The position numbers and the translations under genes were made by a program. The notes beneath the pieces are model-generated. The model saw only the letters and a program-made list of their open reading frames with translations, was not told the DNA's origin and searched no databases. From Eledone cirrhosa (Eukaryota), in assembly GCA_964016885.1 (NCBI GenBank), contig OZ024749.1, positions 12,710,001 through 12,774,000 on the forward strand: 64,000 bases of DNA, in the 5' to 3' direction. Each line of letters opens with the position of its first letter. Position 1 is the first letter of the stretch. Below are positions 26,405-39,944 of the stretch, piece by piece.

Positions 26405-26750
26405 TTGAAGTGCAATGTATGTGGCTGATTCCTAACAAGAGCTGGATTTGTTAACAATCTGAAATCTCCCAAGCAAGGAAGCGATATCAGATGGTTCTAC
26501 CACCAGGCATTCCACGGTACATTTGCAGTGAACGTGACTTAATTGCTAGTCAGCTGATGGACTGACCAAACATGGTAAAATGCATGAAGACACCCCAGCT
26601 GGTTTTACCAGGAGACAGACAGTTCAAGTGTCATATCTGTGAATGTATCTGCAAAACAAAAGCGGGTCTGAAAAGTCACCTGTGTGCACATGATTGTGCA
26701 ATGGTCAATGGAGGAATGGCACTCTTCTGACAAGAAGTAGCAATCAACAT
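26405..26750 (+). pseudogene. Decayed three-C2H2-zinc-finger segment, probably a LINE C-terminus
   Basis: KCNVCG*FLTRAGFVNNLKS; YICSERD..(frameshift)..GLTKHGKMH; FKCHICECICKTKAGLKSHLCAH (from 26623). Confidence 0.65.
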
Positions 26751-26764
26751 ATATATAAATATAA

Positions 26765-26900
26765 TTCGTTTTGGAATTTGCTTTGTGAGATTTCTTATTT
26801 GAAAACATGTGTTGAAACAGATATTGTTATACTTTGGGAGGATCACACATGGTGCGTGTGTTTTTATTAGCAACATGACCCTCACAAAGTATAACAGTAT
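26765..26900. mobile_element. Foldback family F1, internally deleted copy
   Basis: tgttatactttgggagg...ccctcacaaagtataaca. Confidence 0.7.
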
Positions 26901-27049
26901 ACATACAAATATATATATATATAGATATATATATATATACTGTTATATATATATATTCTGGACTAGTCCAGAAATAGCCAGAAATAGTCGATAAATAGCC
27001 GTCGAAACGGGTTGAGCTCTGCCGTAGGGGTTTAACATTTTCCTATATA

Positions 27050-27902
27050 TATGGCAGTGAGACATGGGCATTGTGTGCAGAGGACCTGCGCAGATTGGAA
27101 AGGAAGAAGCATGCATGTTCCGTTGGATGTGTAATAGTAATATAAACAAACGGCAAAACATAAATGAACTAAGTGAGAAATTAGGAATAAGAGGGATCAG
27201 ATGCTGTCTGATCCCTCTTATTCCTAATTTCAGAGAAGAGTACGTTGGTATGGTCACGTGATGTGCATGAAAGACTACAGCTGTATAAAAAAGTGCAGGG
27301 CGATCAAAATTGATGGAAGTTACGGAGTAGATAGACCCAGAAAAACCTGGGACGATTTGATAAATTCTGACCTTACACACTTGCACCTCTCTCAGACAAT
27401 GTCACTGGACCAAGATCTTTGGCACCATGCTGTAATATAGAAGAGCCGCCTTCCCTACGTGCAAAGTTAACCTACAGTCAGTAGGCACCTCTTAACCAAA
27501 TATACACTCCAACCCAGTACCCCTACTCCCACTCCCACCAACACCACCCTCTTTCTGTAAAGTTATGTTGGTACCACAACATCCAGTCCAAACTAAAGAT
27601 GTTGTGTAGGTGTGTGTCACAACAAAAAAACACAGTCCATGCTGTAATGTGGTAACATGGTAAAAAGCTCCCAATCCACACTGTCAATGTGGTTGGAAGG
27701 GCATCCAGCCGTAGAAAGCCTGCCAGATAGTCCTATATGAACGAGACACAGGATGTCCCAAGTAAATGTATACACACTTTGATTACCTGTACAGGCAATA
27801 TTTATTAGAATGCTGTTATAAGTGTGTATACATTTTTCTGGACACCCTGTGTATATATAATGCTAGCTTGGAGAAATGGATGTTAAACGTTGATGATGAT
27901 AT
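27050..27902 (+). mobile_element. Degraded second copy of the 22224-23083 RTE LINE
   Basis: CIKKCRAIKIDGSYGVDRPRKTWDDLINSDLTHLHL; collinear 3' UTR; contains a hairpin and a MITE. Confidence 0.92.
27749..27849. mobile_element. Tc1/mariner-type MITE (~100 bp) inside the RTE 3' UTR
   Basis: TIRs caggatgtcc..aaatgtatacacactt / aagtgtgtatacattt..ggacaccctg. Confidence 0.75.
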
Positions 27903-28254
27903 ATAATGAAGGGAAAAGTTGGAAGTTGTAACTCGCTTTCAGTTGTAACTCTCTCCCTCTCAGATTTCTAGAAATATAGAGAAGGGATCTGATACTAACT
28001 GAAAAGTTCCTCAGAAATTGACCTTAGTAATTCACCATGATGGTGGTGCTGGTGAGGTGTGTGTGGGGAGGGTCATAGCCTGAGCTATGAGGCGAGATAA
28101 AAATAACCACACCCTCCCTCCAATCACGTAATGTAATTAATTACACCGATTTCTCAGATGAAACAAGCAAGTTCTGTCTTGAGATTAACGATCGTTAAGT
28201 ATCATGCTTGACTTATTCTGGACTAAATATTCCTTCGTTTTCATTATTTCATTA

Positions 28255-28445
28255 AGGCGGTGGATTGGCAGTATCGGTAAAGGGTCGGACGCCATGCTTT
28301 CCACCAAAGAGTTACGGCCCTTTTATGGACTGAGTTCAAATCCCGCCGAGGTTAACTTTGCCTTTCATTGTTATGGGGTCGATAAAATAAAGTACCAGTA
28401 ATACACTGGGATAATTGCTGGCCTTGTGCCAAAAGTAGAAACAAT
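28255..28445 (+). mobile_element. SINE-A, full length
   Basis: ggcggtggattggcagtatcggta...agtagaaacaat. Confidence 0.92.
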
Positions 28446-28539
28446 ATTTGGAGGGATCTAATTATATAAACTAAATCCCTCATTATTAAATTGAACTTTG
28501 GAATATAACTTAACAAAGGTCTTCACATATAACTATAAA

Positions 28540-28892
28540 GGTTTCTGATTTAGACACGTGGTCAACAAGTTCGCGGGAGGAGAAAGTCGATTAAATCGAC
28601 CCCAGTAAGTTGACAGGCAAAGTTAACCTTGGCGGGATTTGAACTCAGAATGTAAAGGGACGTAACTATATGCCACAAAGCATGTTGACTGATGCTCTCT
28701 ACCAATACTGCCAATTAACCACCCTTGATAATAGTTTCTGATTTATGCACAAGGCCAACAATTTTTGAGGAGGTGAAAGTTGGTTAAATCCACCCCAGTG
28801 CGTTTGTGTTTACTTTATTTTCTTGACTTTGTAAGGATGAAAGATAATGCTAATGTTGGTGGGATTTGAACTCAGAATATAAAGGGACATAA
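28540..28892 (-). mobile_element. Two adjacent older SINE-A copies
   Basis: Two rc B-boxes gggatttgaactcag (~28635, ~28861). Confidence 0.75.
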
Positions 28893-29007
28893 AACTATAA
28901 TGAAAGGTTGTTGTTTTTTGTTTTAGATGAATAATAATATTTTAAAACAAATAGTTTTCTATCATAAAACCAGCTTTAGGTGGTTTGCTATCAAGTTAAT
29001 TATGAAA

Positions 29008-29580
29008 ACCCTTTAGCATTTACATTACTCTATATTTACTATTGTATTTTCACAGTAAAGGCTTTACCTCAATATCTCACATAACATTTACATTACTCTA
29101 TATATACTATTGTATTTTCACAGTAAAGGCTTTATCTCACATAATATCTCACATAACATTTACATTACTCTATATTTACTATTGTATTTTCACAGTAAAC
29201 GCTTTATCTCACATATCTCACATAGCATTTACATTACTCTATATTTACTATTGTATTTTCACAGTAAACTCTTTACCTCACATATCTCACATACCATTTA
29301 CATTACTCTATATATACTATTGTATTTTCACAGTAAAGGCTTTATCTCACATAATATCTCACATAACATTTACATTACCTCACATAATATCTCACATACC
29401 ATTTACATTACTCTATATATATACTATTGTATTTTCACAGTAAAGGCTTTATCTCACATAATTTGGAAGCTATGAGATTTTGGTGTTATTTTGAAAACAC
29501 TACTTTAACATCAGTATTAGTGGACAGTTATGGCTGGTTTGAACAGAAAGAGGTGAGAGAATTTTGGCTGGTTTAAATGT
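29008..29580. mobile_element. piggyBac-like family B with internal ~63-70 bp tandem amplification
   Basis: ~7 repeats of catttacattactctatatttactattgtattttcacagtaaaggctttatctcacat, then the normal family-B body. Confidence 0.8.
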
Positions 29581-29814
29581 TCCAAGAACTTTATGTAAAA
29601 TTTGATGCAGGCTTATTGCATGAATTTATCCCCCATCATAGAAACCACAGATCTATTGACACAACTGACTTAACATCATGAACTAATAGTCATTACTTGA
29701 CCAGCTTTTAATACTGCACATGCCAACAGTCTTAGAGACCCCGGGGGGGGGGGGGGACTTTACTCCCCTCCCTAACTAAATAGTAACAAAAGAAAAAAAA
29801 ATGAAATGAAATTT

Positions 29815-30340
29815 ATAGCTAACCCCTATATAGGTCTAGCTCACCTCTGACTATGTTGTATCTCATAGGAGGTTTCTTGGCTGTTTAAATCAGGGTCCCA
29901 GTCATGTCATATACATACAAAGTTCTATCTTCACATAGGAGAGATTCCTTCGACATTTTAATGGCAGGGGCTCCAGTCCTATAATGTTATTAACGTTCAC
30001 ATCTATGGAGGTTTAGCTGACCTCACACAAGGTTGTATCTTTCCATGGGAGATTTATTGGGTGTTTTAATGATCAGGGCCCTATTCCTGTCATATATATG
30101 TATACAAAGTTGTATCTCCACATAGAAGATTCCTTGGGCATTTTAATGATAGGGTCTCCAGTTCTATAAAGTTGTTAGCATTCACACCCGCGCAGGTTTA
30201 GCTGACCTCATACAAGGCTGAAATAACAGGGGCTCCAGTCCTGTAATTTTGTTAACATTCATACCCTCGCAGGCTTAGCTGACCTCATACAAGGCTGTAT
30301 CTCCTCAAAGCAAGTTTCTTGGGAGTTTGAATTATAGGAG
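29815..30340 (+). repeat. Degenerate ~100-bp tandem family (also 38875-39250 rc, 54500-55255)
   Basis: Motif ttagctg(g/a)cctc..ac(g/a)aggttgtatctc..ttttaatgataggg..ccagtc. Confidence 0.75.
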
Positions 30341-30769
30341 ATAGGGGGTCAATGATTCTATCCCTGACTAGGCCCAGTCCTATCTCAGAGTAAACAGTAA
30401 AAAAAATATAAATTCAAAAATCGTAAAAATACACCACAAAAACCTGTGTTTGACCTTGAGAATGTATGTCAAGATCTTCACAAAGTATTTTAAGAATCTC
30501 AAAAGCACATTTAATGAGCTTTTGGTAAAATTTGATGCTGGCATGTTGCATGAAATTACCAGTCCTCACAAGAAAGTTGCAGAGGGGTTTTAACACAACA
30601 TTTGCAAAACTTTAAGTAATATAGGAACATGTGGAGATAACATGAGTTATTTTTAGAATCACTCACATGATTTTGGTTTTCAATCATTGTAAGATTTGGA
30701 CACATTTCTGCTGAACCATAGTGCAATAACAGCATGTGCACTCTGTAAACTTCCTGATAACGCCTCATG

Positions 30770-30808
30770 TAGAGAGAGAGAGAGAGAGAGAGAGAGACAC
30801 GTACAAAC

Positions 30809-30839
<31 letters not shown>

Positions 30840-30933
30840 TATATATGTACACATACAAACATATATATATACACATATATATATGTACACATACAAACAT
30901 ATATATATACACATATATATATGTACACATACA

Positions 30934-30975
<42 letters not shown>

Positions 30976-31070
30976 CATATGTACACACACAAACATATAT
31001 ATATATAGACATATATATGTACACACACACATATATTGATATATATATATATGTGTGTGTGGTGTGTGCA
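30770..31070. repeat. (GA)/(TA)/(CA) compound microsatellite
   Basis: Direct reading. Confidence 0.9.
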
Positions 31071-31312
31071 TAAATATACACCCACTTGATTTACAGCATG
31101 GAAAACTGATGTTAGATAATAGACGGTGATTATATAACGAAGATTGCCAATTACCTTAACGAATGTATATTCACCAAACTTATACTTGCTAAGAACGCAA
31201 GCAAGTGCTAAACATAATCCTATATATATACATATATATATTTACATATACTTGCATATATACACACATGCATGTTTATATATACACACACCTGTATATA
31301 TATATATATATA

Positions 31313-31787
31313 TTTCGTTTCTGAATTTGTTTAGCAAGATTCTTTATCTGAAATCGTGTGTTGAAACCGATGTTATACTTTGGGAGGGTCATGTTGCCAA
31401 TAAGAAACACACGCACCAGTTGCTTTCACTTCAATTTATTATAATAAATTTATAAATTTAGGAATTTATAAATTTCTGGTTGGTTGGTTGGTTCCACAAC
31501 CAGATAGTTGTTTATATATTGTCAAAGTTCTTTCGTCACACATTCTGTGACCTCTTCAGTGACTGGGGATTCTTTTCTTTGTTTTTGTGCCTCTCCTTTG
31601 TTCTGTCCTACGCCAGAACTGTCCTACGAAAGAACTTTGACAATATATAAACAACTATCTGGTTGTGGAACCAACCAACCAATCAGAAATTTATAAATTC
31701 CTAAATTTATAAATTTATTATAATAAATTGAAGTGAAATCAACTGGTGCATGTGTTTCTTATTGGCAACATGACTCTCCCAAAGTAT

Positions 31788-31795
<8 letters not shown>
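31313..31795. mobile_element. Foldback family F1 (~165-bp arms, ~90-bp spacer)
   Basis: ~31371-31535 is the reverse complement of ~31626-31790. Confidence 0.85.
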
Positions 31796-31829
<34 letters not shown>

Positions 31830-32180
31830 CAATGTTTAATACTTAAATACACAAACATATATATATATTTATATACATATATATACACACATATACCTAC
31901 ATATACATACATTTATACTCATATATATATATATACATATATACACACATGTATGTTTATATATACACAGATGAGTACATATACACACACGTATATATAC
32001 ACATGTGTATGTATATACACATGTATGTGTATATATACATTTGTATGTGTATATATACACATGTGTGTGTGTATATATATATATATATATACACACGTGT
32101 GTATATATATATATACACACACGTGTATATATATATATATACACACATGTGTATATATATATATACACACGTGTATATAT
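31792..32180. repeat. (TA)/(CA)/(TG) microsatellite
   Basis: Direct reading. Confidence 0.9.
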
Positions 32181-32290
32181 AGCAATATTCCATATTTAAA
32201 TACACAAACTATTAAAATCATTTTATTGATTTTTATTGAATTGGCTTTTTAATTAGCTTAAATGGTTGTTGTTGATATTGTTGCTGTTGG

Positions 32291-32865
32291 TACTACTACT
32301 ACTACCATCATCACCACCACCACTAACACTATTACTACTACTACCATCATCACCACCACTAACACTACTACTACCATCATCACCACCACCACTAACACTA
32401 TTACTACTACTACCATCATCACCACCACTAACACTACTACTACCATCATCACCACCACCACTAACACTATTACTACTACTACCATCATCACCACCACTAA
32501 CACTACTACTACCATCATCACCACCACCACTAACACTATTACTACTACTACCATCACCACCACCACTAACACTACTACTACCATCATCACCACCACTACC
32601 ACCAACACTATTACTACTACTACCATCATCACCACCACTACCACCAACACTATTACTACTACTACTACCACTACTGTTTACTATTACTACTACCATCACC
32701 ACCACCACTACTACTACTACTACTGTTTACTACTACTACAACTAATACTACCATCATCACCACCACCACTACTGTTTACTACTACTACAACTAATACTAC
32801 CATCATCACCACCACCACCACTACTACTACTACCACTACTGTTTACTACTACTACAACTAATACT
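32291..32865. repeat. (CTA)/(CCA)/(CAT) trinucleotide array with higher-order unit
   Basis: Direct reading. Confidence 0.92.
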
Positions 32866-33325
32866 CATGGAGAAAGCCCACAAGAAAAGCCACAGTTACC
32901 CTGACCACTAGGGCAAATGCCCTCTTCCAGTTTTCCTCCTGCAATGCTACAGGCACACACTCAGGGTAGACCCACACACACGGGCCCTTCTTGCCTCTCT
33001 CACCCACCTTTCAACAAACTGGCAGGAAGGTCGCACTTCCCTCTCCACCCTCATTTTCCTCTTCAGGGTGAAACCTGAAAAAAAAAGTTAATGAGGGCGT
33101 CACCGAGGAAGAGGAAAGTACAAAGTTTCAACCTTTTCCACCAGCACTACTCTCTTTGAAGGAGGGAGTCATGGCAGGGGTGGATGAGTATACCCCAGCC
33201 CCAACACATACTCTATCAAAAGGAAGTTAGTTAAGTCTATTTAGGGGTCAAACGTTTCTTAACAGGAAATCCCAACATGGGGTCAGGTATAATAAACCTA
33301 AATGTCAATCTTAAGATTCTTTTAA

Positions 33326-33382
33326 CCACCACCACCACCACCACCACCACTACTACTACTACTGCCACCACCACCACCGCTA

Positions 33383-33428
<46 letters not shown>

Positions 33429-33622
33429 TGCTAGTACTACCAATGCTACTACAACTACTACTATTGCCACCACCACTACTGCTACTACAACTACCACTAT
33501 TGCCACCACCACAACCACCACAACTACCACTACCGCCACCACCACTACTACTACTATTGCCACCACCACTACTACTGCTACTACAACTACCACCACTACC
33601 ACTACTACCACTACTACTACTA
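33326..33622. repeat. (CCA)/(CTA) trinucleotide array
   Basis: Direct reading. Confidence 0.92.
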
Positions 33623-33838
33623 TTGGATCCCCACTTGGGACCTGGTGGATATTCGTCAACTATTTTGCTCGGGGTCTCTCACTGGTTGGTTTTGACTGAA
33701 ATTCCTGTCAAAAGCATCACCAATTGATATGGCTGGATCCAACTGGGCCTATGGATGTTATCCAACTAGCTTGCTGGGGTGGTCTTCGCCTGGGTCTCCT
33801 GCTGACTCGTTTTTGCCCGTAAAATTATTGTTACCCGT

Positions 33839-34434
33839 TTAACCCTTTAGCATGGCTTAGTGGTTAGAGCATTGGGCTTGCAATCGAAAGGTTGTGAGTT
33901 CAATTCTCAGCCAGGGTAATGTGTTGTTTCCTTGAGCAAGACACTTTATTTTACATTGCTCCAGTTTACTCAGCTGTAGAAATGAGATGATAGGACTGGG
34001 GTCCATATCATTCCACTGCAAAGTGGACGTGGAGGTGCCACGGCAAAAAAGCACCCAGCACTCACTGTAAATGAGGTTGGTGTTAGGAAGGGCATCCAGC
34101 TGTAGAAACCAAGCCAGAATCAGTTCCCGTATGAGCAAGACAAGGTCAGCCGACCGGACACTGCCCACAACAGGACAACCCGTCTAACCCATGCTAGCGT
34201 GGAAGAACGGATGTAAAACGGTGATGATGATGATGATGACTACTCTATATTTACTATATTTTCACGGTAAAGGCTTTCTCTCACATAATATCGAATCTAT
34301 GAGATTTTGATATTATTCATTTTGAGAACAATACCTTAACATAATAAGTATGAGGGGCTAATTACGGCCAGTTTGAACAGAAAGAGGTGAGAGAATTCTG
34401 GCTGGATATGGCTGGTTTAAATGCTAAAGGGTTA
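33839..34434. mobile_element. piggyBac-like family B, complete, split by a SINE-B
   Basis: TTAAccctttagcat[SINE]tactctat...atgctaaagggTTAA. Confidence 0.8.
33854..34239 (+). mobile_element. SINE-B with the alternative long RTE tail
   Basis: Same head, CORE and body; tail gagcaagac...ccgtctaacccatgctagcgtgg...gatgatg. Confidence 0.92.
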
Positions 34435-34511
34435 ATGTAAATACCTACTGTCCAGGTATATTTGTAGAGTCCTTAATGTTTTAGCCCCTACAGCTGATAA
34501 AGAAATCATTA

Positions 34512-34702
34512 CAGTGGTGACAGCTGGTTAAAATGGTATTTTCTTCCAGGCTCTTCACATTCTGAGTTCAAATCCCACTAAGGTCAACTTTGCCTTTTAT
34601 CTTTCCAGGGTTGAGAAAATGAAATACCAGTAAAGTAGTGGGCTCAATATAATCAACTTTCCCCTCCCACATAAATTGCAGACTGTCTACCTAAATTAGA
34701 AA
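34512..34702 (+). mobile_element. SINE-A, old copy
   Basis: ctgagttcaaatccc..ggtcaactttgcc. Confidence 0.7.
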
Positions 34703-35056
34703 TCATCATCATCATCATTTCATCATCATTTTATTTTACGTCCGCTTTTCCCTGCTTGCAAGGGTGGGACGGGAACTGATTCTGGCTTGATTTCTACAGC
34801 TGGATGCCCTTCCTAACACCAACCTCATTTACATTGAGTGCTGGCTGCTTTTTTGCCGTGGCACCTCCACGACCACTTTGCAGTGGAATGATAGGGACCC
34901 CAGTCCTATCATCTCATTTCTACAGCTGAGTAAACTGGAGCAATGTGAAATAAAGTGTCTTGCTCAAGGAAACAACACATCACCCGGTCTGAGAATTGAA
35001 CTCACAACCTTTCGATTGCAAGGCCAATGCTCTAACCATTAAGCCATGTGCCTCCA
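34703..35056 (-). mobile_element. SINE-B, full length
   Basis: rc of ggaggcacatggcttaatggttagagc ... gaaaagcggacgtaaaa(tga)n. Confidence 0.93.
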
Positions 35057-35073
35057 TATTTACCATTATTATA

Positions 35074-35480
35074 AGGATTGGCAATAATCGGTAGAGCATT
35101 GGACAACATGTTTTATGACATCGAATTATTACGGGTCTTTATGTTCTTGGTTGAAATCCTGCCGAGGTTAACTTTGCCTTTCATCCTTACAGGGTCGATA
35201 AAATAAAGTACCAGTAATACACTGGAGTCAATTTAATTGACTTTCCCTTCCCCCAAATATTATTGGTCTTGTGTCCAAATCAGAAATCATCATTATTATT
35301 ACTAGTATCGGTAGAGGGTCGGACACCATGCTTTGACACATAGAGTTACGACCCTTGCCATTCTGAGTTCAAAACCCGCCGAGGTTAACTTTGCCTTTTA
35401 TCGTTATGGGTTCGATGGAATAAAGTACCGGTAATACACTGGGGTAATTGCTGGCTTTGTGCAAAAAGTAGAAACAATTA
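35074..35480 (+). mobile_element. Two tandem SINE-A copies
   Basis: gccgaggttaactttgccttt at ~35161 and ~35378. Confidence 0.85.
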
Positions 35481-35514
35481 TTGATAGAAAAATAATGACA
35501 AAAATAAAATGATT

Positions 35515-37130
35515 CAACATCACATCAGCATCATCATCGTTAACACCACCATCACTACCATCACCATCATCATCATCATCATCCCTACCATCATCACCAC
35601 CACCATCATCCCTACCATCACCATCATCATCACCACCATCACCATCACTACCATCATCATCATCATCACTACCATCACCATCATCATCATCACCACCACC
35701 ATCATCACTACCACCACCATCATCATCATCATCACTGCCATCACCATCATCATCACTACCATCACCATCATCATCACCACCATCACCATCATCATCACCA
35801 CCATCACCATCATCATCACCACCACCACCATCATCTGCCCCATATTTTATCACCTCCTCCACCACCACCATATATTATCATTATTATATATTATGATCAT
35901 TATATGTCATTATATTGTTGTTGTTGTTGTTAATAGACCTTCCTGGAATTTCATTTGATTTGTTTCACCTCCCCCCACCACCACCGCTCCACTACCACCA
36001 CCACCACCGCTGCCACCAGTACCACCACTCCACTACCACCGCTGCCACTCCACTACCACCACCACCATCACCACCACCTCCACTACCACCAGTACCACCA
36101 CTACTCCACTACCACCACCACCGCTGCCACCAGTACCACCACTCCACTACCACCGCTGCCACTCCACTACCACCACCACCACCACCACTACTACTCCACT
36201 ACCACCACCAGCGCTGCCACTCCACTACCACCAGTACCACCACCACTACTCCACTACCACCGCTGCCACTCCACTACCACCACCACTACTACTCCACTAC
36301 CACCACCACCGCTGCCACTCCACTACCACCAGTACCACCACCACTACTCCACTACCACCGCTGCCACTCCACTACCACCACCACTACTACTCCACTACCA
36401 CCACCACCGCTGCCACTCCACTACCACCAGTACCACCACCACTACTCCACTACCACCACCACTACCACCACCACCTCCACTACCACCACCACCGCTGCCA
36501 CTCCACTACCACCAGTACCACCACCACTACTCCACTACCACCACCACTACCACCACCACCTCCACTACCACCACCACCGCTGCCACTCCACTACCACCAC
36601 CTCCACTACCACCAGTACCACCACCACTACTACTCCACTACCACCGCTGCCACTCCACTACCATCACCTCCACCACCTCCACCACCACCACCACTACTAC
36701 TCCACTACCACCACCACTACCACCACCACCTCCACTACCACCACCACCGCTGCCACTCCACTACCACCAGTACCACCACCACTACTCCACTACCACCGCT
36801 GCCACTCCACTACCACCACCACTACTACTCCACTACCACCACCACCGCTGCCACTCCACTACCACCAGTACCACCACCACTACTCCACTACCACCACCAC
36901 TACCACCACCACCTCCACTACCACCACCACCGCTGCCACTCCACTACCACCACCTCCACTACCACCAGTACCACCACCACTACTACTCCACTACCACCGC
37001 TGCCACTCCACTACCATCACCTCCACCACCTCCACCACCACCACCACTACTACTCCACTACCACCACCACCACTCCACCACTACTACTCCACTACCACCA
37101 CCACCACCACCACTCCACCACCACCACCAT
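35515..37130. repeat. (CAT/CAC)n and (CCA/CTA/CTC)n arrays with internal block duplication
   Basis: Direct reading. Confidence 0.93.
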
Positions 37131-37339
37131 GTGTATGTATGTGTGTATAAGTGCGTGACATGGACGCAACACACACAGTCATATGTGTATGGGCATGTGC
37201 TTGCTTGTGTGTATGTGTGATGATCCTACAGATACACTACACACACACACACAAATGTGCATGTGTGTGTACATATGTGTGTGTATGTGTGTGTGTATAT
37301 GTCATCCTTCAAGCTGGTATGGGTTAAACACGTGTGTAT

Positions 37340-37351
37340 GCATGTATATAT

Positions 37352-37417
<66 letters not shown>

Positions 37418-37437
37418 GTATATATATACATATACAC

Positions 37438-37475
<38 letters not shown>

Positions 37476-37561
37476 GTATATATATATATATATATATACG
37501 TATATATATATATATATACGTATATATATATATATATATACGTATATATATATACATACAC

Positions 37562-37600
<39 letters not shown>

Positions 37601-37603
37601 CAC

Positions 37604-37645
<42 letters not shown>
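37340..37645. repeat. (TA)n with CG interruptions
   Basis: Direct reading. Confidence 0.95.
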
Positions 37646-37647
<2 letters not shown>

Positions 37648-37980
37648 TTGTGTTTACGTGTATACGTGGTGTGGGTATGTGTGTCACCCACAATAAATCT
37701 CAGTTGCTTTAGCTCATGTTTAAACAATTAAACCCTACCCCAACCCCTCCCACCACACCAGGGAGGGGAGGTGGAAGTGTAGGGGTTACATAGAAACACT
37801 CACATTAACTGTTAATTAACTATTTCATCAGTGATCCACTTCAAAAGTTAATTAACCCCATTCATGTCATATTTAATGCTGCTTCCTTCCACGACCACCA
37901 CCGACTATTTTATATCTCTGCTTCTATGCCTCTTCAATAGAGCATACGCTTTGGTGACATCGTTTGGGGGTATTTTTTGT

Positions 37981-38520
37981 TCCCATCTAACACCCTGTGG
38001 CTTCGTGTTTAGGCCCAACGCCCTAACCACCCCATCTAACACCCTGTGGCTTCGTGTTTAGGCCCAACGCCCTAACCACCCCATCTAACACCCTGTGGCT
38101 TCGTGTTTAGACCCAACGCCCTAACCACCCCATCTAACACCCTGTGGCTTCGTGTTTAGGCCCAACGCCCTAACCACCCCATCTAACACCCTGTGGCTTC
38201 GTGTTTAGGCCCAACGCCCTAACCACCCCATCTAACACCCTGTGGCTTCGTGTTTAGGCCCAACGCCCTAACCACCCCATCTAACACCCTGTGGCTTCGT
38301 GTTTAGGCCCAACGCCCTAACCACCCCATCTAACACCCTGTGGCTTCGTGTTTAGACCCAACGCCCTAACCACCCCATCTAACACCCTGTGGCTTCGTGT
38401 TTAGGCCCAACGCCCTAACCACCCCATCTAACACCCTGTGGCTTCGTGTTTAGGCCCAACGCCCTAACCACCCCATCTAACACCCTGTGGCTTCGTGTTT
38501 AGACCCAACGCCCTAACCAC
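37981..38520. repeat. 49-bp minisatellite, 11 copies
   Basis: Unit ccccatctaacaccctgtggcttcgtgtttaggcccaacgccctaacca. Confidence 0.97.
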
Positions 38521-38874
38521 TCATAGTTATAAATAAGGTCATGGGTTTGATTCCTGGATTAAACAGTGCCTTGTTCTTGTTCTTTTTTGCCTCTTTATTC
38601 CTGAGAAACTCATAGGGACAGAGTCCTCAAATGCTCCTTCCCATGGGTCCTGTCAGAAGCAGCCATCTCCAACTGATCCGACTGATCCCCAAGCGAGACC
38701 AGCCAAGCTCGGGATCTATCTACCCCTGGGTCTCCTGCCAGTTGGTTTTGCCTGTAAAATATGTCCAGTGATTCTTTCCTCAGACATTCTGACCACATGC
38801 CGATAATATTGGAGCTGTGATCTCTTGTTCTTGAGCAAAATGCTTTATTTCTTTCACATAGCTTTTCATTTTAA

Positions 38875-39250
38875 GGACTGGGGCTCCCATTATTTTAAAA
38901 CACCCAAGGAAACCCCTATCTGATATATTCTTGTAGGAGACCAGCTAAAGCTGCATCATAAGTGTGAGCTGTAACATGATATGACTGGGGCCGCTATAAT
39001 TAAAACACAAGAGAAACTTCTTATGAAGTACAGTCTCATAGGAGGCTAAATAAACGTGCAAAGATGTGAGCTGTAACAACATCATGATACGACAGGGATA
39101 CCCCATGATACGACAGGGATACCCCATGATACGACAGGGATACCCCATGATACGACAGGGATTCCCCATCATTAAAACAACTGAGAAACTTATTATATAC
39201 AACCTCGTAGGAGGCCAGCTAAAGATGCATAGGTGTGAACTGTGAGAACA
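38875..39250 (-). repeat. ~100-bp tandem family copy containing a 21-bp x4 repeat (39083-39168)
   Basis: atacaacctcgtaggaggccagctaaa is the rc of the 55175-55200 motif; catgatacgacagggataccc x4. Confidence 0.75.
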
Positions 39251-39254
39251 GGAT

Positions 39255-39403
<149 letters not shown>

Positions 39404-39491
39404 TTGTGCGTAAAAAAGTGAAAGGAAACGACAAACCAAACAACACAGTACAATGGAGACATTTTAGTTTAATGTCTGATTTAGTAGGAAA

Positions 39492-39680
39492 ATAATTGTT
39501 TCTACTTTCGGCACAAGGCCTGCAATTACCCAGTGCATTACTGGTACTTTATTTTATCGACCCCGTAAGGATGAAAGGCAAAGTCAACCTCGGCGGGATT
39601 TGAACTCAGATCGTAAAGGGACGTAACTATGCTGGAAAGCATGGCGTCCGACCCTCTACCGATACTGCCAATCCACCGCC
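39492..39680 (-). mobile_element. SINE-A, full length, 21-bp TSD
   Basis: TSD ctgatttagtaggaaaataat at 39476-39496 and 39680-39700. Confidence 0.95.
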
Positions 39681-39944
39681 TGATTTAGTAGGAAAATAAT
39701 CTTTACGTTTTGGACACTAGTCCTCCGTCAGAAGATAGAATGAGAAATAAAAGATGAAATAGAAAGATAGAGAATAAGAGGAAGGAACAGGAAACCCTTT
39801 TTTTTTTTAGAAAAAAGCACGTGTGTATTCAGTGTGTAACTTGTTATTCGGGGTCTATTTACCCAAAATTCCCCCTTAGTATTAATGGTACCAGCGCCAA
39901 AAGCTCCTATGACAGAAGAACCAGTAATCATAACTGTACAAACC

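Noticed and set aside
32253-33727. Thr/Ser/Gly-rich mucin-like ORFs (also 35404-37220)
   Set aside because: Trinucleotide arrays open in several frames on both strands, with no unique flanking coding sequence.
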